Below, in pieces: positions 15,073 to 20,000 of a stretch of DNA of 20,000 nt. This DNA is from an uncultured virus (IMG/VR IMGVR_UViG_3300044712_002657). Taxonomy: Duplodnaviria > Heunggongvirae > Uroviricota > Caudoviricetes. The notes beneath the pieces were generated by a model. That model was not told the origin of the DNA and ran no database searches. It was given only the letters and a program-made list of their open reading frames with translations. The position numbers and the translations under genes are program-made. Each line of letters begins with the position of its first letter. The stretch's first letter is position 1. The stretch lies in the IMG/VR virus record IMGVR_UViG_3300044712_002657. One strand, written 5' to 3'.

Positions 15073-18000
15073 ATGGCTAACCAACTCGGTTTCTGCGGAA
15101 ATGAAGAGCGATTAACCGACTCCCCGTGTCATTCCCAATACCCGAACGTCGCCTTCGACCGCGAAGGCAACATCGGCATTACTTGGCAGGATACGCGGGA
15201 CGGAAACTTTGAAATCTACTTCAAGCTGCTTCCCTCTCGGATTCCAACTACGGACCAGACGGTCGGTTTTACTGGTGCAATCAATTGCGGATTCAGCGGA
15301 ACGCATGACATCCAGCTTGTCGGAACATCGGATACAACCGGAACGACCAATCCAGATAGTACATCCGAAACCGCCGCCGACAACAGACTTAGCTGCTCGC
15401 TCGGAAGCTCTCTCTACCCCGCCATCGTTGCAGACAAAGACGGAAGATTCCACATCGTCTATCAGGACAACGACACTGGAAAGTTCCAGCTTTACTACGT
15501 CCAAGTCTTCCCGAAGTCCGTTGGAGAGAAGAAATGTTCCGGAAATAACGCACCAATCTCCGGCTTGGACTTCGCAGATACTGCGGCAGGCGACGCAACC
15601 GTTCCTGTCAATGGCGTAAACTATCCGCCAACAGGGCAAAACGGCGCATTCTTCGCATACGGCAACCAAGCCCTGCCAGACCCGTTGCCGAGCAATACTG
15701 GCTCCGCACTATTGAAAACTGGTCTGCATACAATTTACCGAGAGTTCTATCCAGGTACTGGTACGTGGACCGGAGTCTCCAAAGCGGCAGATTATCAGGA
15801 CTGGAAGAAGCAACGGGCTGCCGAAGGATTCTCTACGTCGCCTTCCTTTTTCGCGCCTGCATCCCATCCGATTGCGGGACAGGACGACTTCGGATCGAGA
15901 CATACCTTTAAGAACTTGGCATTCCTCGCAAAAGCACCGCCTGATAAAGACGTAAAAGTCTCCAAGATTGCGCTGCCTCTCAAGCCTAGCTGCCTGCCCA
16001 CTACTCCGGCAAACGAACAGACGGTCCCTCAAAACCTCGTTCCAGCACCAAGACGCCCTATGCCGCCGACGTTTACGGACCCTATCGACTTGTCTGCAAT
16101 GCTGGTCAGCCCGCTCGTTTCGACCGACGATTCGTCGCCAGCACGCTATACCATCGAAGGCGATACGTCGGGTACGATATATACCAACCTTTTGGTCGAC
16201 GACGGCAGCGGGCAGCTTAGCCGTTTCTTCTTTACTCCAGATACGACTCAAGAGAAGCCGATTTTCATCCTTGGGCAGCGGCTTTGCGGGACGGAAAACT
16301 GTGCCCTAATGCCGACAACTACGCAGGCGACCATGCCGCCGCCTTTACAGTACTCTTTCAAGCTACAGGTTTGGGAAGCTGCAAGCTACGTTACAAATAC
16401 GACAGCCGTAACCTCGGCTCAGCTAACAGGTGCCACCAGACTGCTTGAAAAGCAGTTCAAGTTCGACCCTGGCGAAACGACAACGACATTCTCATTTGAT
16501 GATGGCGAGCTTCGTCTCAAAGCTGGCATGGTTTACTTCTTCGTCCCAATCGCTGACGAAGGGACTGACTATCACATTATTGGAGTTGGTGACGGTAATG
16601 CCGTTTGGTCTACCGGAGCCAATGACGGTATCTTTGACCAGTACTACGTACCATTTACATTGCATCCAAACGCCGGACTAAACGCTCCGGTCTATTACGA
16701 GGGTTTCTTAGACTCTGGCAATCCAGACGACCCCGGAACGACGGCTGGTTGGGTTCTTGACAACGTTCAGGTCTCTCAAGTAAAGTACAGCAGATCGGCT
16801 GTTAAGCTAATTGGAAACCAAGTTACACCGTCCAATGAGCAATATTACATGACGGTTTCTTTCTTCTTGACCGTTCCACAAGACGCCTTAGCTCCGAACA
16901 TAACCATGGACATGACTTGCAAGCAAGGCACCGTCACATATGCATCTTCGCAACCTTTGACAACAGAAGTCATCTCCAATGGTCGGTACAAGTACCAGTA
17001 CGTTTTTATGATCCAAAAGGCAGCCGCTACATCAACACAGTCTTTGTCTGGTTTATTCCAACTCTCTTTGTCGGTAAAAACGACGGATAGCAAGTACGTT
17101 CCAGCAGGCAATACTCAATCCCAGGTTGCCTCAATCGATTCGTCCTTCGAGATTCCGCTGGCATTAACTCTTTCGACCTATTCCGGACCGCTCAACATCT
17201 TGACAAAGATCGATTCAGGGTTGCGTTTCGCAACTCCAACCAGCCCGACTCTAGATGCAACGGCTGGTGCTGCACCTGCTACTGCGGCGGTACCCGATCC
17301 TGCGGCTTCTGGCTATTCCGCAACTTGGCCGTTGCAGCTTACAAATAGCAATGGCGACAGTACACACCCTCGGCTCGCCATTGACAGCAGGGACAACATC
17401 TGGCTCGTATTCCAATCGAATCGAACGGGACAAGACGAGATTTACGTTGCCAAATATTTTGGGTCCTGTGGTCAATGGGGGACGTCGACGGCGGGCGGAA
17501 CCGAATTCCAACTTACTCGCTCTACCAAAGGGAGTCGCGCATCATTCCCAAGCGTCGCCGTCAACGGGCGTCAAGAGGCTGAGATTGTTTGGCAATCTAC
17601 GGACACAGAAGATGGCATGCCTGAAATCTTCTATTCGCAGTCAACAGCCGGAGGGTTGCGATTCTTATACCCCATCAGACTGACGTCCAGTCCTGGCGGG
17701 GCTATGGTTCCAGACATTGTCGTGTCCCGATATCGCAACGACAATGGCTTCCTTGCCGATATGACAACCGTCGTGTGGCACGATGATCGATACGGTCAGT
17801 TTGAGATCATGTCTTGCTACAAACGGGAAGGCAAATGGTTTAGTTCCGGTCAAGGTGAGACCGACAACCGCATTACGAACGCGCTAGGCGATTCTCTTTA
17901 CCCGCGAATCGCCTCGGACATGAAAGGCAACTTGCGCGTTGTCTATCACGACTATCGACAAGGAGAGGACAACCCCTGGGTGTACATGTCGTCCTATTTG

Positions 18001-19017
18001 GTCCTTGCTGACAGGTGGGCTTCGTCCGGACAAAATGCTACGGACATCCCCATAACTCCGACAGGCACAAGAGGATCTTGGAATCCAGACATCGACATCG
18101 ATCAGTCTAATAGCTTGTTCATTACATGGTTCGACTTGCGCTTCTCAACCTCTCAAAACGACCGCATGGACGAGATCATGGGTACGTACTGCTCCAAGAG
18201 CGAAGGTATTGGCTCTTGCGATATTCCGATCCCTGACAAAATAACAGGCGACATTGAAGGCTTTATCGAGGTTGTAGTTACCATTTGTCAACTTGGGAGC
18301 AGAGACGAAAAAATATGCGGAAATTACCGTAGTTCGTCACGGAAGGACTACTCCATCGTAAACGGAGTTGCTACCCGAGATGGCGGTCCAGCAACGACCA
18401 TTACAACGTCGGCGACGGGTTCAGAGCAGGCGATTCCGATAACAACAGACCAGACCATCGGATTATCGATTTACGCTCCCGGAGCAACGTTCTATCGTCT
18501 CGCTGGCGATGACTTAGTCTGGTCAGAATGGAAACCATTCGTTCCGGCGTACGATTTGGACACCATGTTTGTAAAATACACGTTATCCAACGGAAACGGC
18601 TTGAAGAACATTTATGTACAGGTCCAGGACGCTTTAACCATCGGCTTCCCCGTCAAAGTATCAATCATTCTGCAAGGTCGAACGCCCTTATTTGAGATTG
18701 AACTGTTCAGGGACGAAGCCTTGACAGATCCGGTCGGGAGCTTCAAAGGGCATTCTGTCATTGCGGCTGGCGAGACCTTTTTGAAGATAACGCCGTCGGT
18801 ACCTTTGGGGGAGTCCCCGTTCTTTGAGGTTATTTCTCGCGGCGTACACTTAACACGTAATCAACAAACTGTCGCTGGCGTTGTAGGTAGCGGCATGGAA
18901 GATCCTGAATACTATATTGGACGATTCGTAGCGAAACGGCACGACGGTTTTTACAACGTAGACGGTCCGGCTCGAATCATCGTTCACGGCAAGGACAAAT
19001 TTGGGCAGACATTCTAA
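15073..19017 (+). CDS. Large probable virion/surface protein: 7 beta-propeller-type repeats split by a ~600-aa insertion, with C-terminal Ig-like domains
   Basis: Repeat consensus [R/Q]LT-x5-S-x2-P-x-[I/V]-x2-D-x2-G-x3-[I/V][V/T]W-x-D-x-R-x-G-x2-EIY occurs twice at the N-terminus and five times later. WSEW...YTLSNGNGLKNIYVQVQD is Ig-like. No signal peptide. Confidence 0.75.
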   Translation: MANQLGFCGNEERLTDSPCHSQYPNVAFDREGNIGITWQDTRDGNFEIYFKLLPSRIPTTDQTVGFTGAINCGFSGTHDIQLVGTSDTTGTTNPDSTSETAADNRLSCSLGSSLYPAIVADKDGRFHIVYQDNDTGKFQLYYVQVFPKSVGEKKCSGNNAPISGLDFADTAAGDATVPVNGVNYPPTGQNGAFFAYGNQALPDPLPSNTGSALLKTGLHTIYREFYPGTGTWTGVSKAADYQDWKKQRAAEGFSTSPSFFAPASHPIAGQDDFGSRHTFKNLAFLAKAPPDKDVKVSKIALPLKPSCLPTTPANEQTVPQNLVPAPRRPMPPTFTDPIDLSAMLVSPLVSTDDSSPARYTIEGDTSGTIYTNLLVDDGSGQLSRFFFTPDTTQEKPIFILGQRLCGTENCALMPTTTQATMPPPLQYSFKLQVWEAASYVTNTTAVTSAQLTGATRLLEKQFKFDPGETTTTFSFDDGELRLKAGMVYFFVPIADEGTDYHIIGVGDGNAVWSTGANDGIFDQYYVPFTLHPNAGLNAPVYYEGFLDSGNPDDPGTTAGWVLDNVQVSQVKYSRSAVKLIGNQVTPSNEQYYMTVSFFLTVPQDALAPNITMDMTCKQGTVTYASSQPLTTEVISNGRYKYQYVFMIQKAAATSTQSLSGLFQLSLSVKTTDSKYVPAGNTQSQVASIDSSFEIPLALTLSTYSGPLNILTKIDSGLRFATPTSPTLDATAGAAPATAAVPDPAASGYSATWPLQLTNSNGDSTHPRLAIDSRDNIWLVFQSNRTGQDEIYVAKYFGSCGQWGTSTAGGTEFQLTRSTKGSRASFPSVAVNGRQEAEIVWQSTDTEDGMPEIFYSQSTAGGLRFLYPIRLTSSPGGAMVPDIVVSRYRNDNGFLADMTTVVWHDDRYGQFEIMSCYKREGKWFSSGQGETDNRITNALGDSLYPRIASDMKGNLRVVYHDYRQGEDNPWVYMSSYLVLADRWASSGQNATDIPITPTGTRGSWNPDIDIDQSNSLFITWFDLRFSTSQNDRMDEIMGTYCSKSEGIGSCDIPIPDKITGDIEGFIEVVVTICQLGSRDEKICGNYRSSSRKDYSIVNGVATRDGGPATTITTSATGSEQAIPITTDQTIGLSIYAPGATFYRLAGDDLVWSEWKPFVPAYDLDTMFVKYTLSNGNGLKNIYVQVQDALTIGFPVKVSIILQGRTPLFEIELFRDEALTDPVGSFKGHSVIAAGETFLKITPSVPLGESPFFEVISRGVHLTRNQQTVAGVVGSGMEDPEYYIGRFVAKRHDGFYNVDGPARIIVHGKDKFGQTF

Positions 19018-20000
19018 TGAGCGATTTTCCTGACAACTTGATGCCGAGCCACTTGAAGCAAGAGGCAAATGACGTAAAGGGGAACCGTTACGTCATCTCT
19101 GCGGCTGATCATAATAAGCACGATGAAGAGATCCGTGCAATCGAAAAGGCAATCGGGACTCCGGCTTCCCCAACGGGATGCTCGACTCAAAGCCTGCTTG
19201 CCGCGATCGTCGCCCGCCTCAACGCTCTTAAGAATGACGTGATCTTGACAACCAGCGGAGTTGTCGCCATCTCCGGAACCGATCTAACTCCGACAGGCTA
19301 TATCCCCTTTCCAGCAGGATGGGCAACAACTCTCTCGGAGTCGATTCCTGACGCCTCTGTAGACGACGAAGACGTTCTCGACCCGATTGAGTCCCTCGAA
19401 TTGGCCGACGTATCCGATCTGCCGTCCGAAGGATACGTTACGCTTATCAACGACGTCTCTACGACTCCAACAAAGGTAGTCAGAACAGATACTCTAACCC
19501 TGTTGAACGACAGTGTCGCCTTCGGGAAGGTTGGTCTGGATTTTAGGTTCGCCCTTGCGCCATCGAAAAACGCCACACTCACGGTAACCGGACTGCCGGC
19601 TGGACTTACTCTGGAACACAACATCATTAGCGGAATACCGGAATCTAGCAGTAACTCTACTGTAACGGTCAAACTAACATCCGGCAGCGAAACGGCTACG
19701 GTTCAAATGCTGTTTAGAATCGCTGCTGGCGGACCGACGCTAACGGTTCCGTCTTCAAAATGGATGTTCATTGGTCTTTATCCCATCAACCACCCGTTTT
19801 TTACGATCAACTATACAGGTGCTTTGAAATCGCTTACTGCGACTCCGTTGCCTGCTGGCTTGAGCCTTGTAGGGAACAAGATAATAGGCAATGCTTATGC
19901 ACCAGGCGAGGCAAGCACCGTCATTACGGCGACGGACGTTTGGGGAGATACCGCTACGGCGACGATCCAACTTACAGTAAGACCATTCCGAGGGGTATAG
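19017..20000 (+). CDS. Probable virion (tail/fibre-associated) protein with two putative Ig (He_PIG-like) domains
   Basis: GLPAGLTL...ISGIP...TVTV and PLPAGLSL...IIG...VITATD. The N-terminus FPDNL...AADHNKHDEEIRAIEKAIG resembles phage fibre N-termini. Coupled to the previous gene via TAATG; stop TAG at 19998-20000. Confidence 0.75.
   Translation: MSDFPDNLMPSHLKQEANDVKGNRYVISAADHNKHDEEIRAIEKAIGTPASPTGCSTQSLLAAIVARLNALKNDVILTTSGVVAISGTDLTPTGYIPFPAGWATTLSESIPDASVDDEDVLDPIESLELADVSDLPSEGYVTLINDVSTTPTKVVRTDTLTLLNDSVAFGKVGLDFRFALAPSKNATLTVTGLPAGLTLEHNIISGIPESSSNSTVTVKLTSGSETATVQMLFRIAAGGPTLTVPSSKWMFIGLYPINHPFFTINYTGALKSLTATPLPAGLSLVGNKIIGNAYAPGEASTVITATDVWGDTATATIQLTVRPFRGV

Noticed and set aside
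1..20000. CRISPR array, tRNA, IS element, intron/intein or alternative genetic code
   Set aside because: No regular repeats, cloverleafs, transposase or split genes were seen. Genes are intact in code 11 and use TAA, TAG and TGA as stops.

Overview
Gene-dense window with short intergenic gaps, frequent strand switches and overlapping stops. It reads like part of a large (jumbo/huge) bacteriophage genome, but this is inference because no capsid, terminase or polymerase gene is present. Six glycosyltransferase genes carry at least eight GT domains: four GT4/GT-B paralogues, a GT11-GT25 fusion, and a GT13-like/GT2 double GT-A fusion. They sit next to two probable virion proteins: a 1314-aa split 7-blade beta-propeller and a He_PIG/Ig-repeat protein. 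Interspersed are an ADP-ribosylglycohydrolase, a free-standing HNH endonuclease, a SPASM/twitch-like radical SAM enzyme, an AAA+ ATPase and a secreted CBM6/35-like protein. The best hypothesis is a phage-encoded virion (or host-surface) glycosylation system. Features missing from the ORF track include a GT4 running off the left edge and a 56-aa ORF. I also see a candidate ~70-nt sRNA, a structured 5' leader and a recurring GTAT(A/T)AT promoter motif.
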